Source of the DNA: Mobula hypostoma
Taxonomy: Eukaryota
Length of the DNA stretch: 64,000 nucleotides
Assembly: GCF_963921235.1 (NCBI RefSeq)
Contig: NC_086097.1
Span: 117,430,001 to 117,494,000 of the forward strand
Direction: 5' to 3'
Shown: positions 13,020 to 24,965 of the stretch, in pieces
Layout: each line of letters begins with the position of its first letter
Position numbering within the stretch: the stretch's first letter is position 1
Notes under the pieces: generated by a model
What the model saw: the letters and a program-made list of their open reading frames with translations, nothing else
The model's database searches: none
Told to the model about the DNA's origin: nothing
Translations under genes and position numbers: made by a program

Positions 13020-13675
13020 CCACCACCACTCTCCAACCTGGTGTCTCTCAAGCTCTACCATCACCTCTTGGGTCCTCAGAGTCCCCATCTTCCTTCCACC
13101 CCACCTTCCCTGAACACTCTAACCCTCCTCTCTCCTCTGGTACCATCATATCTCTCCCTCCTTCTGATCCCACCCCTAATCCTTGTCGTGTCATCACGAT
13201 TCACTCTGACCTTCTCCTCTCTGAGGCAGAATGTTCTATCCTCAGCAAGGTCCTGACCTTTGTCCCCCTCCTGCCCCAACCAAAATGTCAAGCTCCACTT
13301 CCATCGCCTCCGTCTCTGAACATGCTTCTTTGGTAAGGATTCCACACCCTGCATTTCCGCTCCATCTGCTAAAAGCAGAACTTCCTGGTGGCCGTATAAT
13401 TTTAATTCCCATTCCCATTCCCATTCTGACATGCTGATCCATGGCCTCCTCTTGTGCCACGATGAGGCCAATCTCAGAGTGGAGGAGCAACACTTTGTAT
13501 TCTGTCTGGGTAGCCTCCAACCTAACTGTATGAATATTGAATTCTCCTTCTGGTAAAAAATAATCCCTCTTCTTCTATTCCCCACTCTGGTCTTGGTCTG
13601 AATCTTTTAATGTCTATTCATTTCCATAGTGCTCCCTGATCTGCTGAGTTCCTCCAGCAATTTCTGTGTCTTGCA
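13020..13675 (+). mobile_element. Internally deleted Penelope-like element fragment
   Basis: N-terminal LSEAECSILSKVLTFVP joined to a GIY-YIG C-terminus (FNSHSHSHSDM..EEQHFVFCLGSLQPNCMNIEF), then the CTGCTGAGTTCCTCCAGCA terminal repeat. Confidence 0.75.
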
Positions 13676-13739
13676 GTCCGTGAAGACAATGCTTAGCTGC
13701 TGGTCTCTAATATGTATAATTACATTATGACAGCCAGTG

Positions 13740-16110
13740 ATGGCAGTTATATTTCGACTTTCAGAAGGCCTTTGACAGGGTACCACAAGTTAATTACTTA
13801 CCAAGTTAAGATCCCATGGTATTACAGGAAGGTTACTAACATGGTTAGAGCATTGGCTGATTGGTAGCAAGTGTAAATAAAAGGATCCTTTTCTGGTTGG
13901 CTGCCAGTGACTAGTGGTGTTCCGCAGGGGTCGGTGTTGGGACAACTTCTTTTTATGCTGTTTATCAATGATTTAGATGATAGAACAGATGGCTTTGTTG
14001 CCAAGTTTGCAGATGATATGAAGATTGGTGGAGGGGCAGGTAGTGTTGAGGAAAAGGGTAGGCTGCATAAGGACTTAGACTGATTAACAGAATGGGCAAA
14101 AAAGTGACAAATGAAATACATTTTCTGCCTCTGCCCCTCTGACCCTCAACATGGGTGCCCCTCAGGACTGTGTACTAAGCTCTCTCCTTTACTCTCTGTT
14201 TATCCATGACTGTGTCACCACCCACAGCTCCAATCTGCTAATTAAATTTGCTGTTGACACTACACTGATTGGCCTAATCTCAAATAATAACAAGGTAGCC
14301 TATATAGAAGAAATCACCACCGTGACCCAGTGATGTCAAGAAAACAACCTCTCCTCTAATGTCGCAAAAACAAAGGAGCTGGTTGTGGACTACAGAAAGG
14401 ATGGAGACAGGCTAGCCCTTATTGACATCAATGGATCTGGGGTTGAGATGGTGAATAGCTTTAAGTTCCTCAGCATAAATATCACCGAGGATATCATGTG
14501 GTCTGTGTATACCGGCTGTGTGGTGAAACAGGCACAACAGCACCTCTTCCACCTCAGACAGCTGAAGAAATTTGGTATGGGCCTCCAAATCCTAAGGACT
14601 TTCTACAGGGGCACAATTGAGAGCATCCTGACAGGCTGCATCACTGCCTGGTATGGGAACTGTACTTCACTCAATCGCAGGACTCTGCAGAGAGTGGTGT
14701 GGACAGCCCAGTGCATCCGTAGATGTGAACTTCCCACTATTCTGGGCATTTACAAAGACAGGTGTGTGAAAAGGGCCCGACGATCATTGGGGACCCAAGT
14801 CACACCAACCACAAACTAGTCCAGCTGCTACCATCTGGGATACAGTACCACACCATTAAAGCCAGGATCAACTGGCTCTGGGACAGCTTCTCCCACCAGG
14901 CCATCAGAGCTGATTAATTCATGCTAATGCAACTGTATTTCTGTATTATATTGCCTATTTTGTTGTACATAATATTTATTATAAATTACTATAATTGCAC
15001 ATTGCACATTTAGACAGAGACGAAACCTGAAGATTTTTACTCCTCATGTATATGAATGATGTAAGTAAAAAGGTCAATTCAATTCGATTTAATTCAACTC
15101 AACTGTTGGAAAATACATGGTCATGCACTTTGGTAGTAGAAATAAATGTGCAGATTATTTTCTAAATGGGGAGAAAATCCAAAAATCTGCGACACAAAGC
15201 ACTTGGGAGCCCTTGGGCAGAACACCCTTAAGGTTACCTTGCAGGTTGAGTCAGTGGTGAGGAAGACAAATGCAAAGTTCAGCATTCATTTCAAGAGGAG
15301 TTGAATACAAGAGTAGGGATGTGATGCTGAGGGTTTATAAGGCACTGGTGAGGCCTCACCTTGAGTATTGTGAACAGTTTTGGGCCCCTCACCTAAGAAA
15401 TGTTGTGTTAGCATTGGAGAGGGTCCAGAGGAGGTTCACAAGGATAATTCCAGGAATTAAAAGGTTATCATACAAGAAACGTTTGATGGCTCTGGGTCTG
15501 TACTCATTGGAATTTGGAAGGATGAGAGAGGATCTCATTGAAACCTTTTGAATGTTAAAAGGCCTAGACAGAGTAGATGTGGAAAGGATGTTTCCTATGG
15601 TGGGAGAGGTCTAGGACAAGAGGGCACAGCCTCAGAGATGCAGAGAAATTTCTTTAACCAGAGGGTGGTGAATTTCTTACCACAGCCAGCTGTGGAGGCC
15701 AGGTCATTGGGTATATTTAAGGCAGAGATTGATAGGTTCTTGATTGAACACGGCATCAAAGGTTATGCGGAGAATTCTAGGGAATGGGGTTGAGGAGGAG
15801 AAATAAAAAAGATCAGCCATGATGGATTGGCAGAGCAGACTCAATGGGCTGAATGGCCTAATGCTGCTCCTATGTCTTATGGTCTGTATTCTCTCGAGCA
15901 TAGGAGATTGAGTGGTGACCTTATAGAGCAAGGGGCATAGGCAGAGTGAATGCATGTTGTCTCTTTCCCAGGCAGTGTGGTGCTTAAGACAAGAAGGCAT
16001 AGCTTGAATTTAAAGGAACATTTGAACAGGATGAGGAGGAATTTCTCCAGCCAGAGATTGATGGTTCTGTGGAATTCATTGCCACTGATGGCTGTGGAGG
16101 CTGTCATTGT
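13740..16110 (+). mobile_element. CR1 LINE 3' fragments (interrupted)
   Basis: DFQKAFD, GVPQGSVLG, KFADD and RPHLEYCEQFWAP remnants; CR1 3' UTR at ~15790-15885. Confidence 0.88.
14121..15101 (+). mobile_element. Rex1/Babar-type LINE 3' portion nested in CR1
   Basis: GAPQDCVLSSLLYSLF, KFAVDTTLIGLI, KQAQQHLFHLRQLKKF..FYRGTIESILTGCITAWYGNC; (AATTC)n tail. The CR1 sequence resumes after it. Confidence 0.85.
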
Positions 16111-16317
16111 GTATACTTGTCATGGAGTTTTATTAATAAGGCCTTCAAAAGTTGCAGGGAGATTTGGCAGACTGTGGCTGTGGCCTGCAGCTTTCACAGT
16201 GTGCATTCACTTTTGAGAACTTCAGTTCTGAAAGCTATTTGCTTACTTTTATTGTTTTTTTCTTCTTTTATTTTCTTTGCATGTTGGGTATTTGATGGTC
16301 TTCTTTTGTTTTAGCCA

Positions 16318-16605
16318 TAGAATCACAGAACATTACAGCACAGAAACAGGCCTTTTGGCCCTTCTTGGCTGTGCAGAACCATTTTTCTGCCTTGTCCCAC
16401 TGACCTGCACCTGGACCATATCCTTCCATACACCTGTCATCCATGTACCTGTCCAAGTTTTTCTTAAATGTTAAAAGTGAGCCCATATTTACCACTTCAT
16501 CTGGCAGCTCATTCCACACTCCCACCACTCTCTGTGTGAAGAAGCCCCCCCAAATGTTCCTTTTAAACTTTTTCCCCCATCACCCTTAACCCATGCCCTC
16601 TGGGT
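16318..16605 (-). mobile_element. CR1 3' end fragment
   Basis: VGVWNELPDEVV..FKKNLDRYM plus 3' UTR. Confidence 0.8.
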
Positions 16606-17461
16606 TTTACAGAAGATAAAACCACTTCCTCGGTCTTGGTCCATAGCCTTGCAAGTTGCAGTGCAATAGTGAAACAGACAGGCAGTTAATTTTTGTTTGG
16701 CTCCACCACCTTTCATGTAGCAAATCCTACACCAGTCTTCAGAGAAAAATGTTCTTTCACCACTTACTTAGGAACAAATGAGCAGGAAGATTGCACCAAG
16801 TAGCCAGAATAATAGTAAATCAGTGTATTATTTCACATGGTCTAAGGTATGATGTAATGGGATCTATTGTGTTTCTTTGTTTTGTAGCTACCTGTAAGAA
16901 GACAAATCTCAAGGTAGTATAAAGTATACATACTTTGATAATAAATATACTTTGACTTGACTTTGAATGCGTATCTGAGGAGCTGGTGAAGGGCTTCAGA
17001 TTTCTGGATCATTGGGATCTCTTCTAGGGAAGGTATCACTTGTCGAAAAAGGACAGGTTACACCTGAACCTGATGGGGACCAATATCCTTGTGGGCACAT
17101 TTGCTAGAGCTGTTGGGGGGATGGTGTAGGAAGTTTAAACTAATATGGCAGGGGATAGTACCTGGAGTGACAGGGTTGAGGATGGGGCTCTTGGTACATA
17201 AGCAGTGGCAGTGTGTAGTGGGACTGTCAGGAAGGACAGGCCGATGATAGAGCAAAATTACAGTCAGTGTAATGAGATGAAATGTCACAGGGGTCAACAT
17301 CGAAAAGGGTAACAAATACAGGACTGAAAGTGTTATATTTGAAAGCGCACAGTATATCGTAAAGGTAGATGATCTTGTAGCACAGTTCGAGATTGGCAGG
17401 TATGATGTAGTGGGCGGCACTGAGTCTTGGCTGAAAAACGATCATAGCTGGGAGCTTAACA

Positions 17462-18020
17462 ATCATAGGACCCTGGTCAGACTCCACTTGGAGTGCTCAG
17501 TTCTGGTCACATCACTGCAGGAAGGATGTGGAAATCATAGAAAGGGTCAGAGGAGATTTACAAGGATGTTGCCTGGATTGGGGAGCATGCCTTATGAGAA
17601 TAGGTTGAGTGAACTCAGCCTTTTCTCCATGGAGCGATGGAGGATGAGAGGTGACATGATAGAGGTGTATAAGATGATGAGAGGCATTGATCGCGTGGAG
17701 AGTCAGAGGCTTTTCCCCAGGGCTGAAATGGCTAGCCCAAGAGGGCACAGTTTTAAGGTGCTTGGAAGTAGGTGCAGAGGAGATGTCAGGGGTAAGTATT
17801 TTACACAGTGAGTGGTGAGTGCATGGAATGGGCTGCCAGTGATGGTGCTGGAGGCAGACACGATAGGATCTTTTAAGAGACTCCTGGATAGGTACATGGA
17901 GCTTCGAAAAATAGAGGGCTATGGGTAACTCTTAGGTAATTTCTAAGGTAAGGACATGTTCAGCACAGCTTTGAGGGCCAAAGGGCCTGTATTGTCCTGT
18001 AGGTTTTCTATGTTTCTATG
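17462..18020 (+). mobile_element. CR1 3' fragment nested in CR1
   Basis: QRRFTRMLPGL..RGDMIEVYK; (TTTCTATG)n tail; TTAACA duplicated at 17456-17461 and 18021-18026. Confidence 0.85.
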
Positions 18021-19586
18021 TTAACATCCAGGAAACACATTGTATCAAAAGGACAGACAGGTAAGCAGAAGAGGTGGTGTTCCTCTATTGGTAAAGAATG
18101 AAATCAAATCTTTAGAAAGAGGTGATATAGTGTTGGAATATGTAGAATCCTTGTGGGTAGGATTAAGAAACTGTAAGGGTAAAATGACCCTGATGGGCGA
18201 AATATACAGCCCCTCAAACAGTGGCAGGTTGTCGGCTACAAATTACAATAGGTGATAGAAAATCCTATGTCATGATAGTCATGGCAAATTTCAATATGCA
18301 GGTAGATCGTGAAAATCAGGTCGGTGTTGGATGCCAAGGAGATAATTTGTAGAATGCCTATTAAAAAAACCTTTGATAATGTGCCACACATGAGGCTGCT
18401 TAGCAAGATAAGAACCCATGGTATTACAGGAAAGATTCTAGCATGGAAAGAGGGTTGGCTGATTGGCAGGAGGCAAAGAATAGGAATAAAGGAAGCTTTT
18501 TCAGATTAGCTGCTGGTGATCTGTGGGGTTCCGCAGAGGCTGGTGTTGGGGCCGCTTCTTTTTACGTTGTATGTCAATGATTTGGATGATGAACGAGGGA
18601 TTTGTAGCCAAGTTTGTGGGTGATATGAAGATAGGTGGAGGGGCAATAGTGTTGAGGAAGCAGGGAGGCTGCAGAAGGACTTAGACTCAGAATGAGCAAA
18701 AGAGTAGCAGTTAGAATGCAGTGTCAGGAAGTGCACTGTGGTGGAAGAAATAATAAGTGCATTTTCTAAAATGGGAGAAAATTCAAAAATCTGAGGTACA
18801 AATATTTGTCCTCATGCAGGATTCCCTAAAGGTTAACTTGTAGGTTGAATCAGTGGTGAGGAAGGCAAATGTAATGTTGACATTAATTTTGAGAGGATTG
18901 GAATATAATATCAAGGATGTAATGCTAAGGCTTTATTAGGCACTGGTGAGGACTCACTTGGAGCATTGCAAGCAGCTTTGGGCCCCTTATCTAAGAAAGG
19001 ATGTGTTTATATTGGAGATCATTCAGAGGATATTCATGAGAATGATTCTGGGAATGAAAGGGTTACCGTATGAGGAACGTTTAATAGCTCTCAGTCTGTA
19101 CACACGGAAATTTAGAAAAATGAGGGGTATCTCATGAAACCTCTGGAATGTTGAAAGGCCTAGATCAACTCTCAATAAACCATCTGTTGGATTCCAGAAT
19201 TATCATTGAGTAAGATTCCTTGCAAATGTCCTGATATTTTTCCTTGTTTTAATATACAAAAGTGGAACTCCCTCACCAATGTCTCAGTTTGCAAAGTTGA
19301 CTGTCATTCAGTCATTACATTATAAAGTACTCATTAAAACATTCTTCCTTCTCCTGCAGATTAAGGCACCACACAACAGAAGGCTGTGGGAGTTGATAGA
19401 CAATTTTCTAAATGGGGAGCATATTTAGAAATCAGAGTTGCAAAGGGACTTATGGGTCCTAGTGCAGGATTCCCGAAAAGTTAACTTGTAGTTTGGTAGC
19501 AAGGAAGTCAAATGTAATGACAACATTTATTTTGAGAGGACTAGACTACAAATGCAAAGATGAAATGCTGAAGCTTATAAGACATT

Positions 19587-20004
19587 CCTCCAAGTGGACC
19601 ACAACCTTGTTGTGGTTTGGAGGTTTGTGTGCCTCAATGACCCGAAGGGCCATGTTGGCTGAGTCAAGGCCTTGAGATTTGCTCTTGGCAGAGTCACACA
19701 TGACAAACAAATCAAAGGGTAAGGACAGACTACCAGTGGTCCACCGGTCCTCCAGATTCAGGGGTTCAGCTCAGGGCTAACAACCCTGACTGTTAAAACA
19801 AAATTGTTACAGGAACAGCAATGAAGAATCCTTCAACATCTGAGTGCTATGGTATTCTTGAGTCTCCAGCCGGGACTTGCATAACTGGCAGTAGTGAAAG
19901 CCAAGAAGAAGCCACTGACATGATGAAGGAAGCCCTGAGCATCGCCAGAGATGGAGGACCCTCATTACTGCCCTAAATGCCAGCAGTGTAATAGGCAGTC
20001 AGTA
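19587..20004 (+). mobile_element. Non-autonomous RTE-derived (bipartite) retroposon
   Basis: Perfect 12-bp TSD TTATAAGACATT (19575-19586, 20005-20016). Head GTGGACCAC...CTCAATGA...GTGGTCCAC resembles RTE/BovB 5' UTRs. Confidence 0.65.
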
Positions 20005-20077
20005 TTATAAGACATTTGGCCAGACCATATTTGGAGCATTGTGAGCAATCTTGGGATCCTTATCAAAGAAAAGATGT

Positions 20078-20230
20078 AAACACAAGGAAATCTGCAGATG
20101 CTAGAAATTCAAGCAACACACACAAAAAAGTAAGTCCTGACAAAGAATGTCAGCCTGAAACGTCGACTGTACCTCTTCCTATAGATGCTGCCTGGCCTGC
20201 TGCGTTCACCAGCATTTTTTGTGTGTGTTG
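20078..20230. mobile_element. Penelope-terminus mini-element with hammerhead motif
   Basis: 14-bp TSD CAAAGAAAAGATGT (20064-20077, 20231-20244); CTGACAA..GAAACGTCGACTGTA at 20137-20171. Confidence 0.8.
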
Positions 20231-20799
20231 CAAAGAAAAGATGTGTCAGCATTGGAGATGGTCCAGAGGAGGTTCACAACAGTAATCCCAGGAATGAAAG
20301 TTGCAGACTGGAATGAAAATGAGTGTAATGGTCTTTGCCCCACTGACCCCTGTTGCCTAGGGTGAATAGCCGTTAACCCCGCCAAACCGTGCAATTGTTT
20401 TGGTGCGGATATGTCACAACGGCGGGGCATAGGGAGCAAGGGTGGACCCAAATTCAAAACACATCTTGTGAGGTTACTTAGGTTTAGTTTATTGTTTGAT
20501 ACCAGCAGAGCAAGACAGAAGCAGGAATAGCGAACAGGATAAGGACTCAGGACTACGACTAGGCTGGGACCAAGGGTCTGGGCTTGGACTCGGAATCGGC
20601 TCCCAGAACTAGAGGAGACATGAAGAGGCTAGGGTATGGACTCCGAGCCAGAGACTGGGCAAGGACCCAGTACTTGGGTCTTGCCTCGGGCTTGGACCCC
20701 AGAACAAGGCATGGACATGATGTGGGCTAGGGAGAGGAAGAACATGGGATCACAGAGCCTTGGTCTCGGGAGAGCAGATACATGGAACCATGGACACAT

Positions 20800-21190
20800 A
20801 CACAGAACACAGAGTCGGGACCCCTCCTTGGGTACAGGACATAGGGCTGGGACTTACACACAGAACAGAGAGCCGGGACCCCTCCTTGGGTCCAGGACAT
20901 AGGGCCAGGACTCATGAACCTCCGCGGGGCAACGGCAAGACGGCCGGACCTACCCCACGGAGGCGAAGACAAGACAAGACAAGACATGACTCCCCTAGGG
21001 GCAACGGCAAGATGGCCTGACTTACCCCACGGAGGTGAGGACAGGACAAGACATGACTCCCCGCGGGGCAATGGCAAGACGGCCTGACTTACCCCCACAG
21101 AGGCGACGACAAGACAAGACAAAACATGACCCCCCCGCGGAGCAATGGCAAGACGGCCTGACTTACCCCACGGAGGTGAGGACAAGACAA
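20800..21190. repeat. ~60-70 bp tandem repeats (two unit types)
   Basis: 2x CAGAACA(C/G)AGAG.CGGGACCCCTCCTTGGG, then 4x GGGGCAA.GGCAAGACGGCCTGACTTACCCCACGGAGG.GA.GACAAGAC. Confidence 0.85.
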
Positions 21191-21339
21191 GTCCAACACG
21201 AATGAACACCAGACAGTACCTACCTAGCTCCAACGATGGAACTAGACTGAAGTGCAGGTGGGGGCTGCAGACGAGGGCTAGAGGCGAGAGGGGCAGAGAA
21301 GGGATTCAGACAATGGGGTAGGACAGGAATCACAGACCA

Positions 21340-21988
21340 CCAGGGCCAGGACTTGACTCAGAACTGGGAAGCCGCCGGGGCCAGGACGTGACATGGTACT
21401 TGAAAGCCGCCAGGGCCGGGACTTGACATGGTACTTGAACGCAGCCAGGGCCAGGACTTGACATGGTACTTGAACGCAGCCAGGGTCAGGACTTGACGTG
21501 GTACTTGAACGCCGCCAGGGCCAGGACTTGACGTGGTACTTGAATGCCGCCAGGGCCAGGACTTGATATGGTAATTGAACGCAGCCAGGGCCAGGGCTTG
21601 ACATGGTACTTGAATGCCGCCAGGGCCAGGACGTGGCATGGTACTTGAACGCCGCCAGGGCCTGGACTTGACATGGTACTTGAACGCTACCAGGGCCAGG
21701 ACGTGACATGGTACTTGAACACCGCCAGGGCCAGGACGTGACATGGTACTTGAATGCCGCCAGGGCCAGGACGTGGCATGGTACTTGAACGCCGCCAGGG
21801 CCGGGACGTGACATGGTACTTGAACACCGCCAGGGCCAGGACGTGACATGGTACTTGAACACCGCCAGGGCCAGGACTTGACATGGTACTTGAACGGCGC
21901 CAGGGCCGGGACGTGACATGGTACTTGAACGCCGCCAGGGCCAGGACTTGACATGGTACTTGAATGCCCCCGGAGCCAGGACTTGACT
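21340..21988. repeat. 35-bp GC-rich minisatellite, ~17 full copies plus degenerate ends
   Basis: Unit CCAGGGCCAGGAC(T/G)TGACATGGTACTTGAACGCCG. The core recurs every 35 bp from 21391 to 21951. Confidence 0.97.
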
Positions 21989-22939
21989 TGGAGCCTCTGG
22001 GTAATGGCGAGCTTTCGACTCGGCCCGGGAACAGTAGACAGCGGCTCTTCATTCCCTCCGGCGGGTTAACTGACAGACCCACCTCAGTAAGGAAACTTTG
22101 CAGGCTCTCTTTGGCTAAGTAACTTGACAAGGTTGCTCCGGTGAGGAAAGGCGAATTACCGGCACTCGCTTTGGGCAGAGACTGGACTTCCTCCAGCCAG
22201 ATGATATTGGCACGCCGTACCTTGGTGACTTTGCAAACGCTCCCGCGCAAAACGGCTGAAAGCCGGAGACTATAAACTACCGGTTCAGCCGAGTGGTAAT
22301 TGCCTCTAATCACCAAAATTGAGGGACACGGGAAAACAGGGAATCAACGGTCCGGATCGTAACATAAACAAGGTAAATTTAAAGGGACCCCTATCTGGAC
22401 CATGACAGGATAAGGTGTGAGTCGCCCAATGATCAGCCAAGACACAAATATGAAACAATATACAAAGTGCGAGTAAAGAATTATACTTTATAGCAAATTT
22501 TTGTTGATGGGTTAGTAGAAACAACTACAAGAAAAGGCGCCACATAAGTAACTTATCAGTCTTGTGTACATAATATTTTAATACTTTGGAGCTCACGCCT
22601 CCGATTCCATCCACAACGTCCTTCCGAGACTCCAGCCACCTTCTGAACCCCCGAGGTCCGTTCTTCACACGTCCGTCCTCTCTCCTCACCTCCCGAAAAA
22701 GCCCGCGCTCCTCAACTCAGCACACATACACAAGATAACAGAACATGACTTCCATTGGCTAACAAATGAATACAATTTTCATTGCCACACTGTATAACCC
22801 AAACATTGCAGTTACAGAGAACCCCTTGCTCAGCAGTTAACATTACGAGAAGCCATTTTAATATAACACCTCAGAGAAGCCATTTTGGTAATAAGCGAAC
22901 AACAGTTAACAGTCCATCTAGTATACTGAAAGCCCTACA

Positions 22940-23578
22940 TGAGCTTGAACAAAATTGCAATGTCTAACCGGAACCCTGGATGGCCAAACAAATTTTGTTA
23001 CCATTGTGCACGGGCTCACATGCACCAAACCAATGCAGGTTTAAAGGTGAAACTTGCAGAAAATGCAACAAAATAGGATGCATACAAGGAGCATGTCATG
23101 CAGACTGCAAAGGGAAGAGAAAAAGCTAAAAAGTCAAGTTACAGTTCAAAAAGAGTGCCTATCTGCATGTTGTTGATGGAAATGAGAGTGACGAAGGTCT
23201 GGGTAGCCTTGAGATTCTGCCTTACACCAGAAGTGAACAGCAAAGTAATTAAAATGGAATTGGTCGCTGGCTCAGCTGATTCAGTCATTCCACAAAATGA
23301 TTTTGAACAGCATTTCAAAGATACTGAAGTGAAGCAACTAATAATTTGTACTGGAGAAAAGATCGCTCCTGTGGAAATGATATTTGTAACGGTGAAATAC
23401 AACAACCAACAAACCACATTGGGCTTGTATGTGGTAAAACTGGAGGGCCAGTATTGTGGGTGCATGAATGATTGAGACAACTACAGCTTGATTGGAGATC
23501 CATTCACCATTTACATGCCACATCCTCTGCAATAGGGTCAACTGAAAGTAATTTAAGAAAGGTACGGGATGATGCCAT
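22940..23578 (+). mobile_element. Mag-type Gypsy gag Zn-knuckle/protease fragment
   Basis: CYHC..QCRFKGETCRKC; LTPEVNSKVIKMELVAGSADSVI (degenerate protease DTG region). Homologous to 2800-5300 (minus); starts at ~20299, before the solo LTR. Confidence 0.85.
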
Positions 23579-24350
23579 GCCTCCATGCTGTACACCATGA
23601 ATCATTGCCCGACAAGGGCAAACTAGCGTTGGTGACAACCTCTGTGCCTCTGTTTGGAAAGTATATTGGACCAAAGAAGGACCATACTGCTTAGAGGGAT
23701 TATGAAACTGACAAAAACACTATATGCGTGTAAAATGTGGTTATGTTTTAAACTGGAAGAGAGTTCAAGGACCGTCAGGAAAGTTGCAAGCATTCAATTT
23801 TTGTGAGTGTCAAGAACCAGAATCTACTCTGCATGCATTAAGTTTACTGCATGCACTTCAAGTGCCAAAATCCGCTTGTAAAAGTAGTTAGAAAGACCAA
23901 GGCCCAGCTGGATGAATGGAAGGCCAAATTTAGATGATGTTGGGACTGAGGAAACCAAGAGAAGAGATCAGATTGTAAAGGGAGCAATAGAAGGATTAGT
24001 AAGAAAATACTCCAGTAAACTAAATGGACCTCCCCAAGACCAAGGTGAACATCCTAGAAAGAAGAAGAAGGAAAAGAAAGAGGAGGATGACATCAGTGGA
24101 ATAGAAATGGAAGAGGATAAACAAGACCTAATTCCTTGAGAAGTTATCAAATTCAGTGATACTCACAAGAAATTAGAAGTAAAAAAGGAAGGCAAAATAT
24201 AATGAAAGTCAAGAAGTTGAAAAGGAAAGAAGAGATAGAGAGAAAGATAGTAAGCGAGAAAGAGAGAAGGAATGTGCCGAAGTAAAAGAGCAGGAGAAAG
24301 AGAAAGAAAGAAAGAAACTGGGACTGGGAAAGAAGCAAGGATCAAAATAA
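23579..24350 (+). pseudogene. RBM25: Processed pseudogene of RNA-binding protein 25 (N-terminal RRM to RE/RD-rich region)
   Basis: Contiguous translation: GKYIGPKKDH, KCGYVLNWKRVQGPSGKLQAFNFCECQEPESTLHALSLLH, KTKAQLDEWKAK, EETKRRDQIVKGAIEGLVRKYSSKLNGP..HPRKKKKEKKE, IEMEEDKQDLI..KFSDTHKKLE, then an R/E-rich tract. Matches vertebrate RBM25 as I recall it. No introns; stops and frameshifts present. Confidence 0.92.
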
Positions 24351-24496
24351 ATCCCAGAGCTGTCAGAGCAGCTTCCTGCAGTCTCAGACTCAACTCCTAT
24401 GATCACCATGGCGAAGGCCCCAGAACCCAAGATTGTTTTCACCACCACAAGTCTCAGCTGCCGAACAGAGTGACCTCCCTTGTCAGGAAATATCTT

Positions 24497-24965
24497 ACTA
24501 TGGGAAGGATGTGGAAGCATTGGAAAGGGTACAGAGGAGATTTACCAGGATGCTGCCTGGATTAGAAAGGGAGCTAGGGCTTTACTCTTTGGAGAGAAGG
24601 AGGATGAGAGGAGACATGATAGATGTGTACAAGATAATGAGAGGAATAGATAGAGTGGATAGCCAGCACCTCTTCCCCAGGGCACCACTGCTCAATACAA
24701 GAGGACATGGCTTTAAGGTAAGGGGTGGGAAGTTCAAGGGGGATATTAGAGGAAGGTTTTTTACTCAGAGAGTGGTTGGTGCGTGGAATGCACTGCCTGA
24801 GTCAGTGGTGGAGGCAGATACACTCGTGAAGTTTAAGAGACTACTAGACAGGTATATGGAGGAATTTAAGGTGGGGGCTTATATGGGAGGCAGGGTTTGA
24901 GAGTCAGCACAACATTGTGGGCCGAAGGGCCTGTACTGTGCTGTACTATTCTATGTTCTATGTTC
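24497..24965 (+). mobile_element. CR1 3' fragment
   Basis: KDVEALERVQRRFTRMLPGL..FFTQRVVGAWNALP; (TTCTATG)n tail. Confidence 0.9.

Larger units (their letters stand above)
16965..20298 (+). mobile_element. Fragmented CR1 LINE(s): ORF1 end, endonuclease, RT
   Basis: GTNIL, TESWL, DRQVSRRGGV, FDNVPH and HLEHCKQLWAPY remnants; carries several nested insertions. Confidence 0.8.
20412..22407. mobile_element. 2-kb solo-LTR-like element inflated by tandem repeats
   Basis: TGTCA..TGACA ends; perfect 5-bp TSD GGATA; termini resemble the 306-bp element at 36613-36918. Confidence 0.75.
20324..22939. mobile_element. Solo LTR (4-bp TSD) interrupted by a second element
   Basis: TGTAA..CTACA ends with TGAG on both sides. 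Related to 44579-45325 and 49596-50304. Inserted in Mag-type gag sequence. Confidence 0.75.

Noticed and set aside
14385..14819. ALKBH8-like host gene
   Set aside because: This domain is the ordinary C-terminus of Rex/Babar RT and sits between RT motifs and a LINE tail.
21340..21988. CRISPR-like array
   Set aside because: Units are head-to-tail with no unique spacers, there are no cas genes, and the context is eukaryotic. It is a minisatellite.
21278..22316. ~200-aa ORFs as real genes
   Set aside because: They are overlapping frames produced by a repeat unit that lacks minus-strand stops.
23579..24350. Functional RBM25 exons
   Set aside because: No introns, several stops and frameshifts, part of the RRM deleted, and no PWI domain.
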